Positions 8,168-15,727 of a stretch of DNA of 31,139 nt are shown here, piece by piece. Each line of letters starts with the position of its first letter. Position 1 is the stretch's first letter. The DNA comes from Vulcanimicrobiales bacterium (GTDB lineage: Bacteria; Vulcanimicrobiota; Vulcanimicrobiia; Vulcanimicrobiales; Vulcanimicrobiaceae), in the NCBI GenBank assembly GCA_038215615.1, contig JBBQQR010000023.1, positions 1 through 31,139 on the forward strand, read 5' to 3'. Position numbers and translations under genes: made by a program. The notes under the pieces were generated by a model. The model worked only from the letters and a program-made list of their open reading frames with translations, was not told where the DNA came from and ran no database searches.

Positions 8168-8195
8168 ATTATATCATCGCGATGTACTTTTTCAA
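8168..8195 (-). promoter_or_regulatory. Strong sigma70 promoter of tRNA-Ile embedded in the 3' end of the upstream CDS
   Basis: TTGAAA (8195-8190), 16 nt, TG-A-TATAAT (-10 at 8173-8168); the -10 contains the TAA stop of the 79-aa ORF. Confidence 0.75.
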
Positions 8196-8408
8196 TGCCT
8201 CGTCATCGGCTTTGAGTTGGGCGAGCATCATGTCCCGCAGAGCGTTGGATTCGCGCAACATCTCCGCTCTCTCGGCCAACCGGAAGTCAAACGCCTCTCG
8301 CTCCGCATCAATGGCATCGTCCGTTTGCGGACCCGCGCCCGCGGCCGCTTTGGTGGAGCCGCGGGCGTTAACGTGGCGAGGCGAGTTTTGGCGAACGGGT
8401 TCGATCAC
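8169..8408 (-). CDS. Small helical hypothetical protein, paralogue of 8405-8785
   Basis: 79 aa; GTGA overlap with the upstream stop; C-terminal 42 aa align without gaps to the upstream protein (20 identities). Confidence 0.8.
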   Translation of the reverse strand: MIEPVRQNSPRHVNARGSTKAAAGAGPQTDDAIDAEREAFDFRLAERAEMLRESNALRDMMLAQLKADDEALKKYIAMI

Positions 8409-8785
8409 TCGGTGATCGACTCGATGAATTTCTTGGTGATTTGATTATCGGCTTTGCGTTGAGTCATCTGGACGTCGCGTAGCGTATTGACTTCACGCAT
8501 CTGCTCGGATTTTTCGTCCATCATTTCGTCGAACGCTTCGGACTGCGTTTGCATCTGCTCTTGATGGCGGATCTGCTCGCCGTACATCGCGAGCTGAAAC
8601 GCTTCGTTCTGCGCATTGAGCGCGCCGAGGCCGGCGTTTCCCGCCGCGCCCGCGATGTTGCCGGCCGTCGTCCCACCGGTCGTTGCGCCGGCTAGACCCA
8701 TACCGATCGCGGCGAGCGGATTACCGCCGCTTTCCAGCAGGCCCAATCCCGCGTTGAGCAGTCCACCGATCACATTGAAGCTCAT
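8405..8785 (-). CDS. Glycine-zipper plus coiled-coil hypothetical protein
   Basis: 126 aa; ATGA overlap and GAAGG upstream; Gly/Ala/Leu-rich N-terminal half, Gln/Glu/Met-rich helical C-terminal half. Confidence 0.82.
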   Translation of the reverse strand: MSFNVIGGLLNAGLGLLESGGNPLAAIGMGLAGATTGGTTAGNIAGAAGNAGLGALNAQNEAFQLAMYGEQIRHQEQMQTQSEAFDEMMDEKSEQMREVNTLRDVQMTQRKADNQITKKFIESITE

Positions 8786-9432
8786 AGTACACCTTCGTTC
8801 TGAGTTGAACCGTCATCGTTATCGACGATCGATTCCGGATGCGCATTGTCGCTGCCGGCGAGCCGCCGGTATGAATGAGTGTTCGGTTCCGGAGGTGCGG
8901 GCGGCGGCATCAGCGATGCGAACGTCGCCAACTGATTCACGTTTTGCTGCTCGGCCGGGCTCTCCGCGGCGAGATCTTCCTGCGCACCGCCGATCTGCGC
9001 GTAATGTCGCAGAACCGAATCGGCGTAGCCGAGTCTCCGGCCGTCGTGCCAGGGCGTGACCGTTCCGGTGGCATTCGGATCGCCGGCATTGTACGCGGAC
9101 AGCGCTTTGCGGACGTTGCCACCATAGCGCCTGAGCAGCCCGGAGATCATTCCGGCCGCATAATCGGCGTTTGCCTGCGGGTCCATGGCGGAGGGGTCGC
9201 GCGCGAATGTGTGCCAGCGATCGTCGATCTGAAAGAGCCCGCGGCCGTGGCCGCCGTCGCCCACGATGTTGCTCCCGGCGTTGGATCCGGGGCCGCCCGT
9301 CTCTTGGGCAGCGACGGCCGCCAGGAGCTGGGCGCTGACGCCGTGTTTTTGGGCCGCCTGGACGATCTGAGATGCGTAAGCGACGCCGTGCCGGGCCAGG
9401 TCTGAGGCGGCGGGGCTTTGCGATTCGATCAT
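8782..9432 (-). CDS. GH23/SLT-family peptidoglycan-cleaving enzyme (goose-lysozyme-like)
   Basis: AAQKHGV...LLAAVAAQET (catalytic Glu), GDGGHGRGLFQIDDRWH, ALSAYNAG, YADSVL; no signal peptide; disordered C-terminal tail. Confidence 0.88.
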   Translation of the reverse strand: MIESQSPAASDLARHGVAYASQIVQAAQKHGVSAQLLAAVAAQETGGPGSNAGSNIVGDGGHGRGLFQIDDRWHTFARDPSAMDPQANADYAAGMISGLLRRYGGNVRKALSAYNAGDPNATGTVTPWHDGRRLGYADSVLRHYAQIGGAQEDLAAESPAEQQNVNQLATFASLMPPPAPPEPNTHSYRRLAGSDNAHPESIVDNDDGSTQNEGVL

Positions 9433-9440
9433 GGCGAAGG

Positions 9441-9469
9441 TCTATACCGCCGACCAACGCGTTTGACAA
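9441..9469 (-). promoter_or_regulatory. Putative promoter of the GH23 operon (probably near-leaderless)
   Basis: TTGTCA (9469-9464), 17 nt, TATAGA (9446-9441), then 8 nt to ATG 9432; no SD. Confidence 0.5.
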
Positions 9470-9491
9470 GGCCCTGGGGCGGGTCTACAAT
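9463..9491 (+). promoter_or_regulatory. Near-consensus sigma70 promoter of the yceD-rpmF-fab-ffh superoperon
   Basis: TTGACA (9463-9468), 17 nt, TACAAT (9486-9491). Confidence 0.85.
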
Positions 9492-9534
9492 GGGTCGAGT
9501 TTGGAGGGCCCCTGCCGGGGCCTTCCTCTATGTT

Positions 9535-10005
9535 ATGGGTTCTGCGCACAAAATCGACGTCAGTGGGCTGGTGGCGGGCAACCGCCGTGGCCTCGTGGTT
9601 GACGACCGCGTTCCGGTAGCCCCGTTCGAAGGGGTACTATTTCTGGAAGCGGCCACGGTCCATCTCGAGCTGCAAGCATCCGGTGAGCTGCTGCAGATCA
9701 AAGGGACGATAGACGTTCCGATGAGCGGCGAGTGCGCGCGGTGCTTGGCAACCGTGACGGCCGGAATGCACGTGAAGGTCGACGAGCAGGTCGAAGCCGG
9801 AGCGAACCTGCAAGACGGACCGTTCGAGGAAAGCAACGTTCTGACGGCAGGCCGTCTGGACGTCGCAGACCTGGCCGCGCAACTGATTTGCAGCGCAGTA
9901 CCGATTGGGATATTGTGCAAAGAGGATTGCAAAGGCATCTGTCCGCGCTGCGGAGAGAACAGAAACAGCAAAGAGTGCGAGTGTAACGGAGAGACGAGTG
10001 GCTAA
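9535..10005 (+). CDS. yceD: YceD/DUF177 23S rRNA accumulation protein
   Basis: ECARCL and LCKEDCKGICPRCGEN.N...CEC motifs; directly upstream of rpmF; start placed at ATG 9535, downstream of the promoter. Confidence 0.9.
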   Translation: MGSAHKIDVSGLVAGNRRGLVVDDRVPVAPFEGVLFLEAATVHLELQASGELLQIKGTIDVPMSGECARCLATVTAGMHVKVDEQVEAGANLQDGPFEESNVLTAGRLDVADLAAQLICSAVPIGILCKEDCKGICPRCGENRNSKECECNGETSG

Positions 10006-10201
10006 CTTAAAATGGAAAACCCCCCGCAGCAAGACGCGCAGCCGTCGCGCCGCGAACTGGAAGCTCAACCCCGTGACGACCGAAGAGTGTCCGCAATGCC
10101 ATGCGCCCAAACGTCCCCACTTCATGTGCGAAAAATGCGGCACATACGCCGGGCGCCAAGTGGTCGAGATAAAGGATGATCGCCGGCAGAAGCAGACCTA
10201 G
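9998..10201 (+). CDS. rpmF: 50S ribosomal protein L32 (zinc-ribbon C+ type)
   Basis: GTG start with GGAG upstream; KTPRSKTRSRRA...CPQC...PHFMCEKCGTYAGRQV. Confidence 0.95.
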   Translation: MANLKWKTPRSKTRSRRAANWKLNPVTTEECPQCHAPKRPHFMCEKCGTYAGRQVVEIKDDRRQKQT

Positions 10202-10210
10202 GCGCCCCCA

Positions 10211-11191
10211 TTGAACGGCGTCAAAATCAGCGCGGTCGGTCATTATGCGCCGGCCGCTATTCTGACGAACGAAGACCTCGAAAAGACGCTCGATACGTCC
10301 GACGAGTGGATTACTACGCGCACGGGCATGAAACGCCGCCACATCGCCGCGCCTGATCAGGCCACGAGCGATCTCTGCATCGCCGCCGCACGCCACGCCT
10401 TAGCGAATGGAAAGATCGCGGCCGCCGACATTGACTGCTTCATCGTCGCGACGTCGACTCCCGATTACCCGTTTCCGGCCACCGCATGCATCGTCGCCTC
10501 AGAACTTGGAGCGACCGGCAAACCCGCGTTCGACATGGAGATCGCGTGCAGTGGTTTTATCTATGGGCTGACGATGGCGTCGGGCCTCATTCGCTCGGGC
10601 ATCTACTCGCGCGTTATGCTCATCGGAGCGGAATCGCTCAGCAAGATCGTCGACCGCACCGATCGCAGCACCGCGATTCTTTTCGGCGATGGCGCCGGCG
10701 CAGTTGTGCTGGAAGCGTCGGTCGAGAATTCGTTTCTTTCCAGTGAATTAGGAGCCGACGGGCGCAGGCCCGAGATGCTCTGTTTGCTCGGCGGCGGTTC
10801 GCGCCGGCCGTTCACCGCGGAATCGTTGGAAGCCGGCGAGCAGTACCTGCGCATGGAAGGACGCGAAATATTTAAGTTCGCGGTGACGAAAATGATCGAG
10901 TCGACCGGCATCGCGCTGCGCCACGCCGGCTTGCAGAAAAGCGACGTAAACTGGCTGATTCCCCATCAAGCGAACAGGCGCATCATCGACGCGGCCGCCA
11001 AATATTTGGATATGCCCGATGACAAAGTGATCGTGAACATCGAAGAGTACGGCAACACTTCGGCGGCTTCGATTCCGATAGCGCTTTCCGAAGCGCTTGG
11101 GGCGGGCAGAATTAAAACCGGCGACGTCATTGTGTTCGTCGGTTTTGGCGGCGGGCTGTCGTGGGGAGCCGTTACGTGGAGGTGGGCGTGA
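10211..11191 (+). CDS. fabH: 3-oxoacyl-ACP synthase III
   Basis: DTSDEWITTRTG; Cys-His-Asn triad in ACSGF, IPHQAN and YGNTSAAS; GFGGGLSWG. Confidence 0.96.
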   Translation: MNGVKISAVGHYAPAAILTNEDLEKTLDTSDEWITTRTGMKRRHIAAPDQATSDLCIAAARHALANGKIAAADIDCFIVATSTPDYPFPATACIVASELGATGKPAFDMEIACSGFIYGLTMASGLIRSGIYSRVMLIGAESLSKIVDRTDRSTAILFGDGAGAVVLEASVENSFLSSELGADGRRPEMLCLLGGGSRRPFTAESLEAGEQYLRMEGREIFKFAVTKMIESTGIALRHAGLQKSDVNWLIPHQANRRIIDAAAKYLDMPDDKVIVNIEEYGNTSAASIPIALSEALGAGRIKTGDVIVFVGFGGGLSWGAVTWRWA

Positions 11192-12129
11192 AGTTCGCGG
11201 CGGTTTTCCCGGGGCAGGGTTCGCAGGTCGTGGGCATGGGCGCCGACGTGGCTGAAAAATCTACAGCCGCGCGCGATATTTTCACCCGCGCGGCCGTGAC
11301 GCTCGGCTACGATCTGCTCGAGCTGCAGCGGAACGGTCCCGAAGCCAAATTGCGGGAAACGCAGTTCGGTCAGCCCGCAATTTTTGTGACGAATCTCGCG
11401 CTCTATTACGCGGGCGGCGAAACGATCGATCCCGTGGCGACCGCCGGACATTCGTTCGGCGAATTCTGCAGTTTGACGATCGCGGGCTCGATTGATTTCG
11501 AGCAAGCCCTTCGTCTGGTCGACGAACGCGGCAAGGCGATGCAGCACGCGGCCGAGCTCGCGCCCGGCGGAATGACCGCCGTGTTGGGGTTAGACGCCGC
11601 GCAGATCCGAGAAGTTGCCGCGCGCATTGAAGCTGAGACGGGCGGCCGCGTGCAGCTCGCCAATTTCAATTCTCCTTCGCAGATCGTGATCAGCGGTGAC
11701 GCGGCCGCCGTGCAGGCCGCGGCTGACGCGATGCTGGAGAAAGGCGCGAAGAGAGTGGTCCCGCTCAACGTGTCCGGAGCTTGGCACAGCCGTCTCATGG
11801 AACCGGCGGCGCAGAGATTTGCGGCCGCCGTCAACGCCGCTCAGTTCGTGTTGCCCTCGTTCGACGTCGTCTCCAACGTCGATGCGAAACCTTATCGCGA
11901 CGTGCAAACGATCAAGAGCAATTTGATACGCTCGGTTACGCAGGAAGTACGTTGGCATGAAACGGCGGAGGCACTGTTGACGTACGGTCTCGATCTCGTT
12001 GTCGAGTTCGGTGCTTCGCCCGTTTTAGGGCCCTTGATGCGCCGGTTGTCCAACGCGCTCGACGGATTGAATGTCACGGATTTCGCCGGCGTCGAAAAGC
12101 TCCGGGAAAAGTTGAGCGTGCCCGCATGA
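11188..12129 (+). CDS. fabD: Malonyl-CoA:ACP transacylase
   Basis: FPGQGSQ, GHSFGE, ANFNSP.Q.VISG, VSGAWHS; GTG start overlaps the fabH stop, with GGAGG upstream. Confidence 0.96.
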   Translation: MKFAAVFPGQGSQVVGMGADVAEKSTAARDIFTRAAVTLGYDLLELQRNGPEAKLRETQFGQPAIFVTNLALYYAGGETIDPVATAGHSFGEFCSLTIAGSIDFEQALRLVDERGKAMQHAAELAPGGMTAVLGLDAAQIREVAARIEAETGGRVQLANFNSPSQIVISGDAAAVQAAADAMLEKGAKRVVPLNVSGAWHSRLMEPAAQRFAAAVNAAQFVLPSFDVVSNVDAKPYRDVQTIKSNLIRSVTQEVRWHETAEALLTYGLDLVVEFGASPVLGPLMRRLSNALDGLNVTDFAGVEKLREKLSVPA

Positions 12130-12872
12130 TGTTCGAAGGAAAGGCGGCTCTGATCACCGGGGCCAGCCGCGGCATCGGCCGCGCGATTGCCGTCGATCTT
12201 GCTAAGCACGGTGCATCGATCGCGATTGCCGGTAGAGATCATTCGGCGCTTGAGGCAACGGCCGCGGCTTGCCGGGAAGCTCGAGCGGGGCACGAGAGCA
12301 TCGTGTTGACCGGAGACGTCGCGGATCGCGCGACGGTGGATTCTTTTGTGGCTCGGACGGTTGAGAAATTCGGCCGGCTCGACTTTGCCGTCGGCAATGC
12401 CGGTCAGTCCCAGGACGGGCTGATCTTGCGGCTCCGCAGCGATGTCCTCGATCAGCTGCTTTCAGTCAACCTGAAATCGGCATTCTACCTGTGTGCGGCC
12501 GCGGCCAAGCCGATGATGAAGCAGCACGGCGGCTCGATTGTGCTCGTCTCGAGCATCGTGGGATTGACGGGCAATCCCGGCCAGGCCGTCTACGCCGCCT
12601 CGAAGGCCGGCTTACTTGGGCTCACCAAGTCCCTAGCAAAGGAATTGGGTTCGAGGAACATAAGAGTCAACGCCGTCGCGCCCGGCTTAATCGAAACCTC
12701 GATGACGGAAAAAATGCCGGGCGCCGCTAGGGAATTTTTGCTCAAACAAACGGCGCTCGGGCGCGCCGGACGACCGGAAGATGTTAGCGGAGTAGTGCGC
12801 TTTCTTTGCTCGGATGCCGCCGCCTACGTAACGGGCCAAACGCTCGTGGTCGACGGCGGAGTTGTAATGTAG
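12126..12872 (+). CDS. fabG: 3-oxoacyl-ACP reductase
   Basis: [35 protein letters not shown]; located in the fab cluster. Confidence 0.94.
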   Translation: MMFEGKAALITGASRGIGRAIAVDLAKHGASIAIAGRDHSALEATAAACREARAGHESIVLTGDVADRATVDSFVARTVEKFGRLDFAVGNAGQSQDGLILRLRSDVLDQLLSVNLKSAFYLCAAAAKPMMKQHGGSIVLVSSIVGLTGNPGQAVYAASKAGLLGLTKSLAKELGSRNIRVNAVAPGLIETSMTEKMPGAAREFLLKQTALGRAGRPEDVSGVVRFLCSDAAAYVTGQTLVVDGGVVM

Positions 12873-12879
12873 GAGACAT

Positions 12880-13119
12880 ATGTCCACGTTCGATAAAGTC
12901 AAGAAGATCATCGTCGAGCAGCTCGGCGTTGACGAATCGGAAGTAACGCCCGAAGCTTCGATCACCGACGATCTCGGTGCGGATTCACTCGATCAAGTTG
13001 AACTGGTGATGGCCTTCGAGACCGAGTTCAACATCGATATTCCCGACGAAGAAGCCGAAAAAATAAAAACCGTCGGTGACGCCGTCAAACGCATCGAGGA
13101 GACCAGCACCAAAGAGTGA
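12880..13119 (+). CDS. acpP: Acyl carrier protein
   Basis: DLGADSLD phosphopantetheine site; SD AGGAG. Confidence 0.98.
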   Translation: MSTFDKVKKIIVEQLGVDESEVTPEASITDDLGADSLDQVELVMAFETEFNIDIPDEEAEKIKTVGDAVKRIEETSTKE

Positions 13120-13122
13120 CCC

Positions 13123-14457
13123 TTGTTTGAGACCCTCTCCGATCGCCTAGGCGCGATCTTTTCTAAGCTGAGCGGTCGCGGCCGGCTCAGCGAAGCCGAC
13201 GTGAACGAAGTGATGCGCGAAGTGCGCATCGCTTTGCTTGAGGCCGACGTTTCGCTGGCCGTCGCTAAAGCATTCGTTGCGCGCGTCAAAGAAAAATCCG
13301 TGGGCGCCGACGTGCTGGCCTCGCTCTCGCCGGCGCAAACAATCGTCAAGATCGTTCACGCCGAACTCATCGATTTGCTTGGGCCCCCGGCGGGTTCGCC
13401 GGAGGCACGGCTGCGTTTTTCGGATGCGCCTCCTTCAGTGATCATGCTCGTCGGATTGCAAGGGTCGGGCAAGACGACGCAAGCCGGCAAGCTCGCGCTG
13501 CGTTTGAAAGATCAGGGACGTCGTAGCCTTCTGGTGGCCGCCGACGTGTACCGCCCCGCGGCCATCGCGCAACTGCAAACGATCGGCAAGCAAATCGATC
13601 TCCCCGTTTTCGAAAAGGGTACCGCCAATCCGGTAAGCATCGCGCGCGAATCCGTGGCTGAAGCGCGCCGCCTGGGCCTATCGACCGTTATTCTCGACAC
13701 CGCCGGACGGTTGCAAATCGACGAAAGCCTGATGGACGAGCTAGCCGCCATCAAGTCGGCCGTAAGCCCCAGCGAGATATTGTTGGTCGCCGACGCCATG
13801 ACAGGCCAAGAAGCAACCAACGTAGCCAAGGGCTTCCACGAGCGCCTTGGCATTACGGGCGTGATTCTGACGAAATTGGATGGCGATGCCCGTGGCGGCG
13901 CGGCGCTTTCCATGTATAATGTCACGGGCGCGCCGATCAAATTTGCCGGTGTCGGCGAAAAGCTCTCGGCGCTCGAGCCTTTCCACCCGGACCGGCTGGC
14001 ATCGCGGATCCTCGGTATGGGCGACGTGCTCACGCTCATCGAGCGGACGCAGAGCGTCTATAGCGAAGATCAGGCCAAGGCGATCGAACAGAAACTGTTC
14101 AAGCAGCAGTTCACGCTCGACGATTTCCTCGAACAGATGCGGCAGATCCGCCGGATGGGATCGATGGGGGAGATCCTCAAGATGATCCCCGGCCTGTCGC
14201 GTGCGCTTCCGAAAGATTTCGAGATCCCCGAGCGGGACCTCAAACAGATCGAGGCGATAATTTGTTCGATGACCGCGCGCGAACGCCGGGACCCCGCGCT
14301 GCTCAACGGTTCGCGCCGCAAGCGGATCGCCGCCGGCAGCGGTACGCAGGTGGCCGACGTCAACCGCTTGGTCAAGCGCTTTGACGAATCGCGCAAGATG
14401 ATGAAGCAGATGGGGCTTGGCAAACGCGGCCGTCTGATGGGAATGTTAGGTAAATAA
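13123..14457 (+). CDS. ffh: Signal recognition particle protein
   Basis: [38 protein letters not shown], and M-domain [11 protein letters not shown]. Confidence 0.98.
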   Translation: MFETLSDRLGAIFSKLSGRGRLSEADVNEVMREVRIALLEADVSLAVAKAFVARVKEKSVGADVLASLSPAQTIVKIVHAELIDLLGPPAGSPEARLRFSDAPPSVIMLVGLQGSGKTTQAGKLALRLKDQGRRSLLVAADVYRPAAIAQLQTIGKQIDLPVFEKGTANPVSIARESVAEARRLGLSTVILDTAGRLQIDESLMDELAAIKSAVSPSEILLVADAMTGQEATNVAKGFHERLGITGVILTKLDGDARGGAALSMYNVTGAPIKFAGVGEKLSALEPFHPDRLASRILGMGDVLTLIERTQSVYSEDQAKAIEQKLFKQQFTLDDFLEQMRQIRRMGSMGEILKMIPGLSRALPKDFEIPERDLKQIEAIICSMTARERRDPALLNGSRRKRIAAGSGTQVADVNRLVKRFDESRKMMKQMGLGKRGRLMGMLGK

Positions 14458-14474
14458 GTGCTTTTACGGAGTAT

Positions 14475-14741
14475 GTGGTGGTAAAAATTCGACTGAGGCG
14501 CATGGGCGCCAAAAAACAACCGACGTACCGCTTCGTTGTGGCGGATCAGCGCGCGCCGCGCGACGGCCGGTTCATCGAGATTCTCGGACATTACAATCCG
14601 CGAACCGAACCCCGCACGATCGTCGTCAACGAAGAGAAGGCGAAGGCATGGCTTGCCAAAGGCGCCCAGCCTTCGGACACCGTGCGGCGGCTGTTCACTG
14701 AAAAGGGTATCATCGAAAAGGTTATCAGCGAAGGCCGATGA
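14475..14741 (+). CDS. rpsP: 30S ribosomal protein S16
   Basis: [36 protein letters not shown]...GAQPSDTV; the start may be GTG 14478. Confidence 0.98.
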   Translation: MVVKIRLRRMGAKKQPTYRFVVADQRAPRDGRFIEILGHYNPRTEPRTIVVNEEKAKAWLAKGAQPSDTVRRLFTEKGIIEKVISEGR

Positions 14742-15241
14742 GCGCATTCGACGACGAATTCGGTCTATTTAGCGACGAGCAAGAAGCGGAACGGCGTTCT
14801 ACCCTTGGCGGCCGCCGCATCGCTTCGAACGAAACGATCATCGACGACGTCGAGCCCGAAGATGAAGGCCCGCCCCGGCGCAGATCGTCGGCCGGCACGG
14901 GCAGCGAACCGCGAACGTTCCGGCGTCCGCCCCCGCGGCGCGGCGCACCCGTGGATCCTGCCGCAGCGCAAAGACGTGCCGGCGAATTACTCGAGTTTCT
15001 CGCCAAAAAACTGGTCGAAAAAACTGATGTCGTGAAGATCGAAAGCTATCCGCCGGAAAACGGCGAGCTGGCGCTGATCGAGCTGGCGGTTGACCCCGAA
15101 GATATCGGTAAAGTGATCGGACGCGGCGGCCGCGTTGCGCAGGCGCTTCGCACGATCGTGCGGGCAACCGCGGAGGGGCGCATTCAAGTCGAGATTCTCG
15201 ACACCGACGAATTCTACGACGATACGCCCGAGGATGAATGA
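14738..15241 (+). CDS. khpA: KH-domain RNA-binding protein KhpA with long N-terminal extension
   Basis: [11 protein letters not shown]...[20 protein letters not shown]; canonical position between rpsP and rimM; ATGA overlap. Confidence 0.9.
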   Translation: MSAFDDEFGLFSDEQEAERRSTLGGRRIASNETIIDDVEPEDEGPPRRRSSAGTGSEPRTFRRPPPRRGAPVDPAAAQRRAGELLEFLAKKLVEKTDVVKIESYPPENGELALIELAVDPEDIGKVIGRGGRVAQALRTIVRATAEGRIQVEILDTDEFYDDTPEDE

Positions 15242-15725
15242 CGAACTTTTTGTAGGCCGTATCGCCGGCGTTTTCGGCATCCGTGGCGAACTCAAATGCG
15301 ACCCGACAAACGCGGGTCGCATGCTTTTTTTACCGGGTGAATTGCTGCGGGCCGCGCTGGCGGACGGTGACAGTCAAACCCTAACGCTACAGTCGGTCAG
15401 GGAGCATCAAGGCCGCTTGCTTCTCCGGTTCGAGCATTTCGATTCGGTCGAAGAAGCCGAAGCGCTCAAGGGCGCAACCCTTTACGCTGCGCGCGACCGC
15501 ATCACGCTGGAGCCGGGCGAATTCCTCGACGCAGACTTGACGGGTTGCGAAGTGTACGATAGGGGCAGCCCCGTTGGAACGGTCGAGCGCGTGGAGCACT
15601 ACCCCGCGTCGGACATGCTCGTCGTGCGGGGCCGTATGATTCCGCTCATCGATGAATTCGTGAAAGCGATCGACGTTGCAAAAAAACGCATCGATGCAGA
15701 ATTGCCCGAAGGTTTGCTCGAGTAG
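15234..15725 (+). CDS. rimM: 16S rRNA processing protein RimM
   Basis: VGRI.G.FGIRGELK...EF...DL.GC.V...MIP...FV..ID; start at ATG 15234. Confidence 0.93.
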   Translation: MNDELFVGRIAGVFGIRGELKCDPTNAGRMLFLPGELLRAALADGDSQTLTLQSVREHQGRLLLRFEHFDSVEEAEALKGATLYAARDRITLEPGEFLDADLTGCEVYDRGSPVGTVERVEHYPASDMLVVRGRMIPLIDEFVKAIDVAKKRIDAELPEGLLE

Positions 15726-15727
15726 CG

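Noticed and set aside
6046..9432. Integrative element or prophage at the tRNA cluster, with the GH23 enzyme as a phage lysin
   Set aside because: No integrase, att duplication of a tRNA 3' end, phage structural gene or holin is visible, and composition looks like the rest of the window.
10199..13125. Read-through fusions rpmF-fabH and acpP-ffh (both pairs are in frame)
   Set aside because: In-frame adjacency occurs one time in three by chance, and each protein is complete with a normal N-terminus.
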